From Octopus sinensis (taxonomy: Eukaryota), in NCBI RefSeq assembly GCF_006345805.1, contig NC_043014.1, positions 32,116,001 to 32,180,000 on the forward strand: a stretch of 64,000 nucleotides of DNA, written 5' to 3'. A program made the position numbers and the translations under genes. The notes below the pieces were generated by a model, which was given only the letters and a program-made list of their open reading frames with translations, searched no databases and was not told where the DNA came from. The first letter of the stretch is position 1, and every line of letters starts with the position of its first letter. Positions 26,594 to 40,860 of this stretch are shown piece after piece.

Positions 26594-28845
26594 CCTCATC
26601 ATCATCATTATCATCGTCGTTTAACGTCCGCTTTCCATGCTGGCATGGGTTGGACGGTTTGACTGAGGCTTGGTGAGCCAGAAGGCTGCACCAGGCTCCA
26701 ATCTGATCTGGCAAAGTTTCTACAGCTGGATGCCTTTCCTAACACTAACAACTCTGAGAGTGTAGTGGGTGCTTTTACATGCTACTGGCACAAGGGCCAA
26801 TCAGGCGGTACTGGCAACGACCATGCTCAAAATGTGTATTTTATATTCCAACTACACAGGAGCCAGTCCAGCGGCACTGGCAACAATCACGCTCGAATGT
26901 TGCTTTTTCATATGTCACCGGCATGTGTGCCAGTAAGGCAATGCTGGCAACGAACATGCTCAAATGGTACTTTTTACATACCGCTGGTATGAGAGCCAGT
27001 CAGTGCTCTTAGCAATGATCAAGCTCAGATGGTGCTTTTATCGTGCCACTGGCACAAGTACCAATCAGGTGTTACTGTCATCAGCCACATCAGCAATTTT
27101 GATTTTGATTACCTCAACAGATCTTCGCAAACAAAGTTTATTTCTAATGAATGAAGGGTACTCATAAGTTGGCTGGTTATACACCACTGGCATAGGCCAC
27201 GGGTTATGGTCTCACTTGGCTTGCCAGGTCTTCTCAAGCACAGCATATCTCCAAAGGTCTCGGTCTCTAGTCATTGCTTCGATGAGGCCCAATGGTCGAA
27301 GGTTGTGCTTCACCACCTCATCCCAGGTCTTTCTGGGTCTACCTCTTCCACAGGTCCCCTCAACTGCTGGGATGTGACACTTTTACACACAGCTGTCCTC
27401 ATCCATTCTCAACACATGACCATACCAGCACACTTGTTTCTCTTGCACACCACATCTGATGCTTCTTAAGTCCAACTTTTCTCTCAAGGCACTTACACTT
27501 TTCTCTCAGGGCACTTACAGCGTGTATGCACACTGACATTACACATCCAATTTAAGCATATTGACTTTATTCCTTGCAAGCTTATGCATGTCCTTGCAAG
27601 TTTATACATGTCCTTGCAAGCTTACGCATGTCCTCAGCAGACACTTTCAGAGCATCCACCCCACACTACTGACTTGGTCACCAAGGTAATGGAAGCTATC
27701 AATTACTTGTAGTCTTTCTCCCTGGAATGTGACAGAAGCTGTTCTCTGCACATTTTCAGTATTTATTGCGCCTGACAAAAACTATCTTTCCAGTTAGCCT
27801 CCCTTTGATATTGCTGCACCTCTTATGTGTCCATAGCTTACACTGGGTACATCTTATGGAGTTTCTAGCAACGCCTTTTCTACAGATGAAGCAGGGCCAT
27901 CCACCTGAAGGGTTTGTGGTTTGTCTGCCTTCCTACTTATTAAGACTTTGGTTTTAGCTAGGTTGACTCTAAGGCCCTTCGATTCTAATCCTTGCTTCAC
28001 ACCTGAAACTTTTCTTCTAGTTCTGATAGTGACTCAGCAATTAGAAGAAGGTCATCAGTATAGAGGAGCTCACAGGGGCATCCTGTTTTGAATTCCTCTG
28101 CTGTTGCCTAGAGGACTATGATGAATAAGTGGGGACTGAGGACTGATCCTTGATGTACCCCTACTCCTACACGGAATTCTTCACCGTACTTGTTGCCAAC
28201 CTTCACCTTACTGACAGCATTCCTGTACATGGCTTGCACAGTTCTCACTAACCATTCATCTATCCCTAGTTTCCTCATTGACCACCAGATAAAGGATCAG
28301 GGGACCCTGTCTAAGGCTTTCTCCATGTCAGCGAAAGCCAGGTATAGAGGTTTATCTTTGGCTAAGTATTTCCCCTGTGGCTGTCTTACCAGAAATATAG
28401 CATCAGTGGTGCTTTTGCCTGACACGAACCCAAACGGCATCTCATCTAATCTGACTGTCTCCCTAATCAGTTGGGCTATGACCTTCTCCATGACCTTCAT
28501 TACCTGATCCAACAACTTGATACCTCTATAATTATTTGTATCTAAAGTGTCACCTTTACCTTTGTATCAGTTGACTATGGTGCTGCTACACTAGTCATTG
28601 GGTATGACTCCTTCATGTATCACCTGGTAGACTATATGGGTGACTAGACCATAGCCAACACCGCCAGATATTTTGAGCATCTCTGCAGTGATTCCTGATG
28701 GGCTGGTGGCTTTCCTTGTCTTCATACCCTTAATTGCTTTATCTACCAAGGTACTGTCAATTTGGATAGCTAGTCCCTCTGTTGGATCAGCATTCAGCAG
28801 ACTGTCCTTCTTCCATTCATTCTCTTTATTTAGCAACTTTCCATA
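26594..28845 (-). mobile_element. RTE-clade LINE, 5'-truncated, decayed (RT, C-terminus, 3' UTR with diverged minisatellite)
   Basis: GFVSGKSTTDAIF, DMEKALDRVP, VGVHQGSVLSPHLF, LLYTDDL; C-terminal GRPRKTWDEVVK; (GAT)n tail at 26594. Confidence 0.92.
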
Positions 28846-28852
28846 GTATATA

Positions 28853-28888
<36 letters not shown>

Positions 28889-29630
28889 TGTATGTATGTA
28901 TGTATGTATGTATGTATTATGGATAAAGCTGCAAAGACCTCGCAAAAACTGTGATTTAGAGTTTTTTATGTTCCCGTTCATTGGACACTTTTGGTTGAGA
29001 ATGGAACAAACGAATAAGGTTATATGTATAAATATTAATAATTACATTGATGGATACACATTTGAAATTGGTTTTGTTTCATTGGTCCTTTCAACTAATG
29101 TTCTTTTCAATAACTGGTTATATGAAATTAAAATTAAAATTACAATTTAAAATCATATTTAAAATTGATGAAAACCTTACATCAAAAATAGCTTTAGTAG
29201 AAAGAAAGAACCTGTATATCCAGGGTAAATTGATTAATGGTAAAATAAATTTAAATTTATGTCCGTTTATAATAAAAATATTCCCTTACAAAGAACTAAT
29301 ATCATAAAAACATATATATTTACTTATATGTACACATACCAAAGAACCTGTGTATAGATATATACACTAAACATACAAACGTTGGTACATGCCTACATGC
29401 ATATACAAATAAATACAGGCAAAATATATATATATACATGCTAATGTATATATAAGTATCTATGCACATATATATATATATATGCGTAATGGGTCTCTGT
29501 ACGTATTTCTAAATGTACAGGTTAGTTGTTACAAGCTAGAAAGAGAAAAAGAAGAAAAAAACAGAAAATAGTAACTGGTGGGAGAAAGGATAAAGAGAAA
29601 GAGAAAATAGAAAAAGAAAGAGAAAAACAG

Positions 29631-29668
<38 letters not shown>

Positions 29669-29839
29669 TATTGGGAAGTTGGCATTCCCAAACAGTATCT
29701 AACACATGTTTGATACTTCTTTAAGCTGGCAAATACGCAAATATCAAACAGACACACATATCTACATAAATACATACATATACATACAATAGTAATACAT
29801 ATGGCGACACACACAAATATATAAATAAATATATACATG

Positions 29840-30062
<223 letters not shown>

Positions 30063-30329
30063 ACATACATATATTTACATCAAGATACATATATACACCA
30101 TAACGTATATATTAAAAACTGTCTGGTGTATTGAATATTAAAATAAGAAAATTGATATAATATAATTAAGTGTAATGTAATTTGAAAAATATAAATTTAA
30201 AATTTAAAATTCAAATACGAAAATGAATAAAAATGAGATAAAATTTAACAATCGAAGGCTTTCTTGAAAGTCAAATGTAAAATATGAAGGCGAAATATGT
30301 ACCAGTATTGTAATACTAAAAGATATCTA

Positions 30330-32210
30330 TATTTTAGGTGTAAAAGCCAAATTCAAATGTGAAAGTCAAAAAGTTTTCCAGTTGACATTTTAAACCTTGT
30401 AGCATGCCTGCAGGAATATAAAAGTTCTTATCTTTGGTTCAATGCATGTTTATCCTGTTCCAGGATAAAAAGTTTCTCAAACATGCACAGATTGCATCGT
30501 ATTGGTTGTCTATATGCCCCATGTTTATATGGTGCTGCCTTCTCCAAAATTGCCTGGATGATATTGAAAGGATGAGCATCATTTTCCTTCAGTAGCCAGA
30601 CATGTTTTGCAACACTTGTTGCTATCCTATTTTCTGGGCATCGAAAAGAATTTCGGTGGGAATAAAAACCTAGTCTTGAAGGAATTTTCCAAAGTTCCTG
30701 TGTATGTTCTATATTCTTGTAAGCCATCTATATGTACTTTAGCTTTATAAGCTATTCCTTTCTCAAGACATTTTCTTCCTAATGAACAGCAAATCTGATC
30801 TTTGAAATTGCAATTCTTCTGGTTAAATTTGGGTCTGTGGCTGCTTCTATTGATTTTCATATTGTACTGATTAATTAAGGAGGCGAAGTTTTTGCAACAA
30901 GAATAGCTAACCTTCAGCATTCTCCTATCAAAAATTCTATAGAACTTATGGCTAATTTGAAAATGTTTAGAAAGTAGTTTTAAGAATTCTCTACCTATAT
31001 TTGTTTTTATGGCAATGTTGAATGCCAGATTAAGCCACAAAACTTGCATAGTTCTAGTTCTAATTGTTCTATTATTGTTAGAAGTAGTTTGATTCTACTG
31101 GATATTCTCCAAGAATCCACTATTCTGTAATGCATTATTATAATATGGCATGGCATTTTGAAACACTGTCTTGTCTGAAGATATGGAAGATATATGCCTT
31201 CCTATATTACTAACTAGATTCTTCAGAATTACAGATGGATGATTTGACTCTTTGTTAATATAAAACAGCTTTTCATTGGGTTTATGGTAGGGTTTAAATT
31301 TATCTAATTGAAAATCAAAGTTAATATCTAAAAAAATCTACATTATTAAGGTTACTTTGTATTGTTATCGATAAGTCCATTCTTTGGAAGAAAGTAATAA
31401 GATTCTTCTTAAGTCTATCTAACTCATGGCCATTTAAATCATGGGTGACTATAAGTCTGTCATCCCTGTATAATCCTGCATCTATAAAAGGGAATTCCAG
31501 ACATAGGTTACACAAAATATAATCTCTTATAAGAATACCGAACTCTGCTCCATCATATGCCCCTATCAGTACATTGAATAAAGAATCCTTGCCCCTTTTA
31601 TCCCAGGTGGAATCATTGTAAAAGAGGAAGGATTTCCTTGGATGCAGGATAATATCTAAATCCAAGTTATCAATGGTGACATACTGTTTGGTGAAGTCTA
31701 AATGCCCTAAGAAGCAAAGGCCTGGATATTGACAGGTAAAAAATGACAATATTGAACTGTGTAAATTTGCAATTACATTTATGGCTAATTCCTTTGAACC
31801 AGCTTACTATTTCCCCAAATCCATAAATTTAATTCTCTATTTAATTTGTTTAAAATAGAATCTAAAATATTTTTGTTAATAATACTTATTTCAGTTTTAG
31901 CTGTGTTAATTAGTCTATATTCAGGGTTTCTATTGAAATTAGCTTTGTGGTCCTTAAGGGTAATAAAGGGTTTGCGTGGGGAGAGATATTCTATCCTATT
32001 ACTAACTTTAAGATTGTTATCAATCCTTCTTGCTTCTATATTCTCCTCTTTATATAAACTCGTCTTATCTTTTTTGTAGGTGTCTGTAATGCTATTCAAA
32101 AGAAGATGTTTGTAAAGATCTTTTTCAACTACGTATAGGTTTTTTGTTTTATTGGAGTTTACAAAAATCTTATCTAAGTTCTTTATGTTTCTAATTTTTT
32201 TTATCATATC
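30330..32210 (-). mobile_element. Penelope-like retroelement of a second lineage (Naiad-like), decayed
   Basis: KTKNLY...YKHLLLNSITDTYKK, PFITLKDHKANF...RLINTAKTEI, GAYDGAEF, GLYRDD, GIY-YIG-like IAYKAKV...YTGTLENSFKTRF, and C-terminal CNLCMFEK...LNQR*ELLYSCRH. Confidence 0.88.
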
Positions 32211-32432
32211 TCTAGAGTGTGTTGCTGAATTTATAGAATTTTATTCTTCTAATAAGCTTGAAAAGGTCTTTTTCAAAAGCTTCTAATTCCAAAATAGGTT
32301 GTGGGTTTTTAGAAGAGTTAAGGCCGTATTTGTTTTTTTTTATTCTTTGTTTCTGTATTCTGTTATTCTGTTTTTTCATGTCAATACATATATATGTATG
32401 TATGCATGTATGTATGTATGTATGTATATTCC

Positions 32433-32875
32433 TTTATACTTTTATTCTTGTATTTGTTTCAATCATTTGACTTCACCCATGCTGGAGCACTGCCTTAAAG
32501 GATTTTAGTCAAAGAAATCAACCCCAGGATTTATTCTTCATATATCTAGTACTTATTCTATTAGTCTCTTTTGCTGAACTGTTAAGTTACATAGACATAA
32601 ACATAGCAACATTGGTTGTCAAGTGATGGTGGGGGACAAAAAAAGATGCAAAGAAGCACCCATCCCCCCCACACGCACACACACCAACACGCAAACATTC
32701 ACATGCATACATATATATGACAGGCTTCTTTCAGTTTCTGTCTACCATATCTACTCACAAGGCTTTGGTCGGCCCAAGGCTATGGTAGAAGACACTTGCC
32801 CAAGATGTCATGCAGTGGAACTGGACCTGGAACCATGTGGTTGGGAAGCAAGCTTCTTACCACGCATCCATGCCT
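32433..32875 (-). mobile_element. SINE family A, full length
   Basis: Reverse complement of the family A head, linker and tail. Confidence 0.9.
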
Positions 32876-33408
32876 AGATGGATGGAGCAAAACAAAATAT
32901 GAGAGATTGCTTATGCACATTTCATTAGCATATGGCAAATCCTGGTCACACATAATACATAATCAACTTATGTCTAATTGTCAGACTTGTAACTGTCATG
33001 CACATACACACACACACACATGCTTGTTTTTTTTTGCTCTGTTTAGGAGAGGAGAAAAATATTTTTGTGTTTTGGAAAAAGTGGGTAAGACTGCAAGAAC
33101 AGCAAAGAGGGGGAAAAATAGGGAGAGAGGTTTCAGGACAATTGAGTAAAAAGGAAGAAATGTAAAGTACAGGTGAGGAAAAGATAGCTAGATAGCTAGT
33201 TAGATAGATAGATAGATAGAGAGAGAGACAGAGATAGAGAGAGAGAGAGAGAAAGAGAGAGAAAGAGAGAGGGAAGCTATTTTTCAATTACAAAGCCTTT
33301 TTTCTTTTTTTTTCTCTTCCTCTTCTTTCCCTTCTCATTGTATACTTATCAACGTATTTGTAAATATATATATAAGATGTTCTGATAGTGACTCATATAT
33401 ATATATAT

Positions 33409-33802
33409 AGTGGCTGTGTGGTAAGTAGCTTGCTAACCAACCACATGGTTCCGGGTTCAGTCCCACTGCGTGGCATCTTGGGCAAGTGTCTTCTGCTATA
33501 GCCCCGGGCTGACCAATACCTTGTGAGTGTATTTGGTAGACGGAAACTGAAAGAAGCCTGTCATATATATGTATATATATATATATGTGTGTGTGTGTAT
33601 GTCTGTGTTTGTCCCCCTAGCATTGCTTGACAACCAATGCTGGTGTGTTTATGTCCCCGTCACTTAGCGGTTCGGCAAAAGAGACCGATAGAATAAGTAC
33701 TGGGCTTACAAAGAATAAGTCCCGGGGTCGATTTGCTCGACTAAAGGCGGTGCTCCAGCATGGCCGCAGTCAAATGACTGAAACAAGTAAAAGAAAAGAA
33801 AG
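33409..33802 (+). mobile_element. SINE family A, full length, well preserved (many CpGs retained)
   Basis: agtggctgtgtggtaag...ggttccgggttcagtcccactgcgtggc...aggcggtgctccagcatggccgcagtc. Confidence 0.95.
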
Positions 33803-33819
33803 AATATATATATATATAT

Positions 33820-34005
33820 AGTCATAAATGACAGAGAAGTAGTTTGATGAAGTTTTATTTAACCATGAGAAAATTCTAATATCACAACAAATTGTTTCGT
33901 AACTTAAAAACATTTAATTTATATTATTATATTTGATAATAAATAAATTACTTACTTACCTGTATTAATGCAAAATTCAAAAATTCCTCTCCGTCATTTA
34001 TGACT
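33820..34005. mobile_element. MITE-like element with about 18-bp terminal inverted repeats
   Basis: Left end agtcataaatgacagaga versus right-end reverse complement agtcataaatgacggaga (1 mismatch); AT-rich non-coding interior. Confidence 0.6.
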
Positions 34006-34167
34006 TCATGTACTCCTTATGGTTTTCTCTTGTATCGTACTATATATTCTATATGTTTTGTAGAATGATACATTAAGGAGCTTTTTTTATGAATACAACT
34101 GGATTACTTGAATCTATACATTGTATATATACACATACTTGTATGTAAGAATATTTGTATGTAATGA

Positions 34168-34462
34168 AGACACATGGCTCAGTGGTTAAAGTAATGTGTT
34201 CACAGTCACAAGGTAATGATTCTGATTACTGGGCTGTGTGTTGTGTTCTTGAGCAAGTTACTTTATATCATATTGTTCCAGTTTGTAGAAATGAGTTGTG
34301 ACATCACTGGTGCCAATCCTTTGCTTTTCCCTTGGACAACATCAGTAGCATGGAGAGGGGAGGCTGGTCTTCCATAAACAACCTTGCCTGGACTTGTGCA
34401 TTGGAGGAGAATTTTCAAGGTGCAAACTCTTAGTCATTCATGACCGAAGGGGGTCTTTACCC
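34168..34462 (+). mobile_element. tRNA-derived SINE family G
   Basis: tggctcagtggttaaag head, ttcttgagcaag, 3' catgaccgaagggggtctttaccc. Confidence 0.8.
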
Positions 34463-34464
34463 TA

Positions 34465-34790
34465 TGTATGTATGGCTGAGTAGCTAAGAAGCTCACTTTC
34501 CACTGCATGACACCTTCAGCAAATGTCTTCTACTGTAACCCTAGGCTGACCAATACCTAGTCATAAGTTTGGTTGATGGAAACTGTGTGGAAGCCTGTTA
34601 TGTGTGTTTGTGTGTCTTTGTGTCTGTGTTAGCCCCCTACCACTGCTTGACAACCAGTGTTGGTTTGTTTACATCCCTACAAGATCGATAGAATAAGTAC
34701 CAGGTTTAAAAAGCAAGATAAGTAATTCGACTAAAAGTTCTTCAAGGTGGTGCCCCAGCATGGTCACACTCTAATGCCTTAAATAGATAA
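34465..34790 (+). mobile_element. SINE family A, degenerate
   Basis: Diverged head and tail motifs (gcaaatgtcttctact..., ggtggtgccccagcatgg). Confidence 0.8.
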
Positions 34791-34932
34791 CAAAAAGAGC
34801 AAAAACGAAATAAAAACATGTAAAGCTATATAGACAATGGTTCAAGAGAAGATGAAAATATCACGGTTAGGAAGCTTGACCAAGACTGACATGGGAGTAA
34901 AAAGCAATAAAAACAACAACAAATGTGAACAT

Positions 34933-34975
<43 letters not shown>

Positions 34976-35657
34976 CACACACACACACACACTCACACAC
35001 ATACACACATGCACATATTTTGTTACACTATATTGATGTTAATGCTTAACACACACACACACATATATATATATAAACACATGTATACACACAGATATGC
35101 AGTACAAACACAAACGTACACACACACACACATACACATACACATTCCTACAGCAATTCCAACATCCACGCCTATTTATATGCACACATATACATACATT
35201 CATATATATATAGAGAGAGACAGATATACATATATGCACTCACACACACACGTATATATATATATATGTACACACAAATACACATACAAACACACTTACT
35301 TATATTTGCATGCATACACACACATGCACTCACATAAACACACTAACCTCATATCCAAGTATATATACGCATATAAATACATAGATAACATGCTAGCAAA
35401 CAACCGCAATGACTTCACATACACACACACACACACACACATACACACACATACACACACATACACACACACTAACACACACACACTAACACTAACACAC
35501 ACACACTAACACACACACACTAACACTAACACACACACACATCTATACACAAAAACACACACATACACTAATACCCTCACACCTCCTCTGTATCTCACCC
35601 TCCATTTCTCTATTAATACTTGGAGTCAAAATAGATATTATTATTTTTAAACACAGC

Positions 35658-36060
35658 ACCTTAGGATATTGAAAATTGATCTTGGGGAGATATTGTTAAA
35701 TGATTTCCCCCTTAGGATATTGAAAATTCATCTAGAAACATTATTTTAGTAGTTCTTTTAATATTAAAAATTCATAATGGAAATATTGTTATGCAGTCTC
35801 TGAGGATGTTGATAATTCATCTTGAAGACATTGTAACTTAGACCCCTTAGGATGTTGATAATACATTTGAGAAGCATGATAATATGGTTGTTTAAGTTAT
35901 TGAAGATGTATCTTGTGAAAGATTACAATATTGACACTTTGAATATTAAAAATGTATCATGGAAATATCTTTAGATATCCCATTAGGGTAATGAAATTTT
36001 CATCGCTTAAATATTATTATTTTGTGGCCCCTTAAGATATTAAAAATTTTTTTCTTAAAA
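35658..36060. repeat. Degenerate minisatellite, about 46-bp period, about 9 units
   Basis: A ccttaggatattgaaaattcatc-like motif recurs at roughly regular spacing. Confidence 0.7.
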
Positions 36061-36288
36061 ATAATTATCAATTGGCAGTTCTTGATATTGATTTATTTTG
36101 ACTGGAAGAAAGATTAGGAGTGGGCAGAGGTGGTAAGAATTGGTGAGTAGTAAGTTGGAAGTACCTCTACTTGTAACTGGAGCTAGTATGGTTCAAGAGA
36201 GTAGGATGTGACATCAGAATGAGATTTGGCTGCTATTTCTTGCAGATTGCGAGACAACATACATTAACACAAAAACATCAATGAAAAC

Positions 36289-36354
<66 letters not shown>

Positions 36355-36383
36355 GTCTATCTATCTATATATTTATCTATCTA

Positions 36384-36428
<45 letters not shown>

Positions 36429-36460
36429 TTGTCTGTCTGCCTGTCTGTCTATCTATCTAT

Positions 36461-36858
36461 ACTCTTATACTCTTTTACTCTTTTACTTGTTTCAGTCATT
36501 TGACTGTGGCTATGCTGGAGCACTGCCATTAGTCGAGCACATCGACCCCAGGACTTATTCTTTGTAAGCCTAGTACTTATTCTATTGGTCTCTTTTGCCG
36601 AACCGCTAAGTTACGGGGACGTAAATACACCAGCATCAGTTGTCAAGCAATGTTGGGGGAGGGGGCAAACACAGACACACATATATGTATACATACATGC
36701 GATGGGTTTCTTTCAGTTTCTGTCTACCAAATCCACTCACAAGGCTTTGGTCGACCTGAGACTATAGTAGAAGACACTTGCCCAAGGTGCCACACAGTGG
36801 GACTGAACCCAGAACTATGTGGTTGGTAAGCAAGCTACTTACCACACAGCTACTCCAG
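36461..36858 (-). mobile_element. SINE family A, full length
   Basis: Reverse complement of family A. Confidence 0.93.
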
Positions 36859-36902
<44 letters not shown>

Positions 36903-37084
36903 CACAAGGGGGTATCCAAATGTAACTGGAAATGTTCTCTGTGGGACAAGCTCATTGTAGTTCAGGCTTCTGCCACTAGAATCCACTTGGTGCAACTCTC
37001 AGGCATCAGTCTGCCAACCAGCTTCGTTGGATGAAGTCATTCTGTCACATGGTGTATCTTCATCTTGCAGTGCTTCTCCTCTGT

Positions 37085-37355
37085 TTGTCAATTTTTGTGA
37101 TTGTGAAATTCTATTTTCTGCCAGGAAAAATAGTGGCTGAAACAGTAGTCATACAAGGACACAGCTTACAAGGATACTGCCATGAGCAAAACATAAGTTT
37201 ACAAGTGGTCTTCCCATTTTAGGATTGGTCACTTGTCTTTTGAAGACTGACCTTGTTCAGGGCAACTGTCAACCTTCTGAACGAATGAAAACATCACGAA
37301 AATCCATGAACTGATTTTGGAGGACTGTCACTGAACAATCGATGATATGACTGGT
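37085..37355 (+). mobile_element. Mariner transposase N-terminal (HTH) remnant
   Basis: VKFYFLPGKIVAETVV...AYKDTAMSKT*VYKW...ED*PCSGQLST..NENITKIHELILED resembles the mariner EDxPRSGRPST...NIxKIHELILEDRR motif. Confidence 0.85.
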
Positions 37356-37619
37356 GTGGGACAAACACAGACATAAACACACACACACACACACATGCAC
37401 ACACACACCACCCATACATAAATACATACATACATATATGGGGTTGGTGGTTGTCTACTCCTTATGCAGAGTTTGACCACCTCCTGTACCTACACCTTAG
37501 CACCATCATGGTGTCTGATGTGGCTTTTTAAACCAGACAATGTTCTGAAAAGACACCCACATAGATTACACCTCTGATTTGGACCACCAATACCTGCAGA
37601 TAAGTTCTACTCTTTGTGG

Positions 37620-38225
37620 ATCTTAACATGTCTTTTGAGGCCTCCGTTGGATTTGCAAACCTTCAGGCATACTCTGCATTCAAAGGTGTGCAAAGACATA
37701 TAGTCAGAATAGTTGCAATATACTTTGCTGTTGTGTTGTCACATGCTTTTCAAACGTCTGAGGAGGGCATTTACATAAAATATCGAACAACAGGGAATGT
37801 TTTTATCTGACCAGACTGAAATTCAAAACTAAGGTTTTTATCTTTCTCGTTAGGGAACTTTTGTATGCTGACAATTGCGATCTTGTCAGTTGTTCTGAAA
37901 CAGATCTGTAATCTCTTGTATCTGCATTAGACTCAGCTTGTGATGATTTTGGCTTGACCATCAACTTGAAAAAAAAAAACAGTTGTAATCCATCAACCTG
38001 CATGTGGTGCTGTTAGTAATCCCCTAAAATTTTTGTTGAGGGAAAGTTACATGAGTTTGTCAATTTGCTCGTCTACCTTGGAAGCTCTGTTTGAATGATG
38101 GAAATCTTGATACAGAAATACAGCTGCGAATTCAAAGGGCAGCAAAAGCATTTGGTGGCTTGGAGTCACACATTTGGTGCCAGCAACATATAAATAAGAA
38201 TACAAAGCTGGCTCTTTACAAAACA
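37620..38225 (+). mobile_element. RTE (BovB-like) LINE RT remnant
   Basis: AIYFAVVLSHAF..EEGIYIKYRTTG, LLYADNCDL, and NDGNLDTEIQLRIQRAAKAFGGL...TKLALYK. Confidence 0.8.
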
Positions 38226-38264
38226 TACATACATACATATATGCATGCACACAGATGTATATGT

Positions 38265-38620
38265 GATGGCTTCTTTCGATTTCTATTTATGAAATCCATT
38301 AACAATGCCTGAGGCTAAAGTAGAAGACACTTGCTGAAAGTGCCACACAGTGGGATTGAACCTGGAATCATGTGGTTGTGAAACAAGCTTCTTACCACAC
38401 AGCCATGCCTGCACAACAAACATAGACAAAGATACATGCACATGCGCGTACACACACACACACATGATGAGCTTCTTTCAGTTTCTATCTACCAAATCCC
38501 TTCACAGCTTTGGTCAGCCCAAGTTTATAGTAGAAATCACTTGCCCAAGGTGCCATGCAGTGGGACTGAACCCAGAAGCATGTGGTTGGGAAGCAAGTTT
38601 CTTACCACACAGCCACACTT
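38265..38620 (-). mobile_element. Two tandem SINE family A 5' halves
   Basis: agacacttgc...gtgggat/actgaacc...cttaccacacagcca appears twice. Confidence 0.85.
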
Positions 38621-39786
38621 GCACCTATTTGATTACTTTTCTAGCATTCAGTTCTTTGGACAAAACTCAGTTCTTCCAGTGGCATCAAAGGAAAACATTC
38701 CGTTCTTTAGACAAAGATCAGATCTTTCCTAGTGGCATTATATGGAAAAATTGTCTTATTTGGATAGAAGTTAGTTCTACCAATTGACAGATCATGGAAA
38801 TACTCATTTCTTTGAACAGAAGTTAGTTCTGTCAACTAGCATTACATAGAGACATATGGTTTTTGCCAAGAGGTGGGGGGGGGGAGGTTCTTCTAAATAA
38901 CACCCATTGAACCAGAATTTAGAATATTACCATGATACTGCTGTTAGTGTTCTTGCTAAACTCACAATCATTCATTTTATGGAAACCATCATAATCATTT
39001 CAATTGGTTTCCAGGTGTGTATACCTGTATGTGTGTCTATATGTGTGTGTGTGGCATGTGTATAAGTGTGTGTGTGTATGTGTGTGTGTAAGAGAGATAA
39101 AGATCAAGAAAACTGGAAAGGTATGCACGCTGGCAAACATATACACACACTTATATTTGTAAATACATATACACTTACACACACACACACATAAACACAC
39201 ACATACATATACATATATACACAAACACATGCATTATATACACATATGCATACACATGTAAATCTAACATACATTTACATTACATCAGTTTTATTAGCCA
39301 TTTCTACGATTCATTATTCATTACCAATTTTGAGTACCATTTATTTATGGTTCTCCTATAGAATGTGGAACTAAGCTGCACCAACTGTCCTGCATGCATA
39401 AATGCATGTAAAATTGTAAGCATGTATATGTAAATGCATGCATGTAGGTATGTATGTGTGAGTAAATGCAAATATTTATGTATGAACGCACAAATGATAT
39501 TATGTAGTCTTGCATATTTATAAATGTATACTTACAAACACACACGTACATAAAGGCATACACTCACACAGAAACAAGCACAGACACACACACATACACA
39601 TATACAAATGCACATGCACTCTCATGCAAACAGGTATACACAAACACATGTATATCATTATATATCTATATCGTTATACATAAGCAAATGTAAATCAGTG
39701 CTCACAAACAGATGCATATATATATATATAAGTGTATCTATTTATCTATCTATCTATCTATCTCTATGAATATGTGTGTGTGTATG

Positions 39787-39845
<59 letters not shown>

Positions 39846-39951
39846 GAGTGTGATGTGTGTGCGCTTATATATATATATGTATACACATACATACATGCAT
39901 ACATACATATACATATATATGTACACACACACATATGCACGCACACACACG

Positions 39952-39986
<35 letters not shown>

Positions 39987-40589
39987 AGTATTATACTCCT
40001 CTGTTCTTGCAAATGAGTTAATTTAACTTGTTAGTTCTAAGAAAATTCCTTACAACTGCTCGGTCAAGTGCCTTCCACCACTTGGATGAACCAAAGTCTT
40101 GTGAATAAAATTTGAATACGGAAGCTTTTTACATTTACTAATACCTTCCTGATAACCTGCATACATACTACATACACACACACTTACACACACAACGCCC
40201 ATATATGCGCATATATATATATATCATCATCATCATCATTATCATCATCGGCAACATCATCATCATTTTAATGTCCAACTTTCCATGCTCACATAGGTCA
40301 GGTGGAATTTGGTGAGGCCAAATTCTATGGCCCGGATGCCATTCCTGTCACAAGCCCCCCCCACCTATTTCCATGTAAGGTAATATTTTTCTTTTTGGCT
40401 GGACATGTTTTCCTTGTTTTCATAGGTGTTTTGAATGAAAGACACCACTTGTATGACAGGGACACACATTTACAACAATTGTGTGATGTCAAGACAAGGT
40501 GATACCTGCTCCCTCCCTCTCTCTCTCACACATATACATGCACACACATACACACACATTTAAATAGATAAATAAACAAAACTATAAAT

Positions 40590-40596
40590 ATGTGTG

Positions 40597-40627
<31 letters not shown>

Positions 40628-40642
40628 ATATATATATAATAT

Positions 40643-40700
<58 letters not shown>

Positions 40701-40806
40701 ATATATATATAATATATATGTATATATATATGTATATATATATGTATATATATATGTATATATATATGTATATATATATGTATATATATATATATGTATA
40801 TATATG

Positions 40807-40842
<36 letters not shown>

Positions 40843-40843
40843 T
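40590..40843. repeat. (TA)n microsatellite
   Basis: Direct inspection; abuts the palindrome. Confidence 0.95.
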
Positions 40844-40860
40844 ATTTATTATATAGAAGG

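Noticed and set aside
29697-29730. Possible decayed hammerhead downstream of the Naiad-like PLE (minus: ttaaaga agtat caaac atgt gtt)
   Set aside because: Both core halves are mutated and there is no stem II; cannot be supported.
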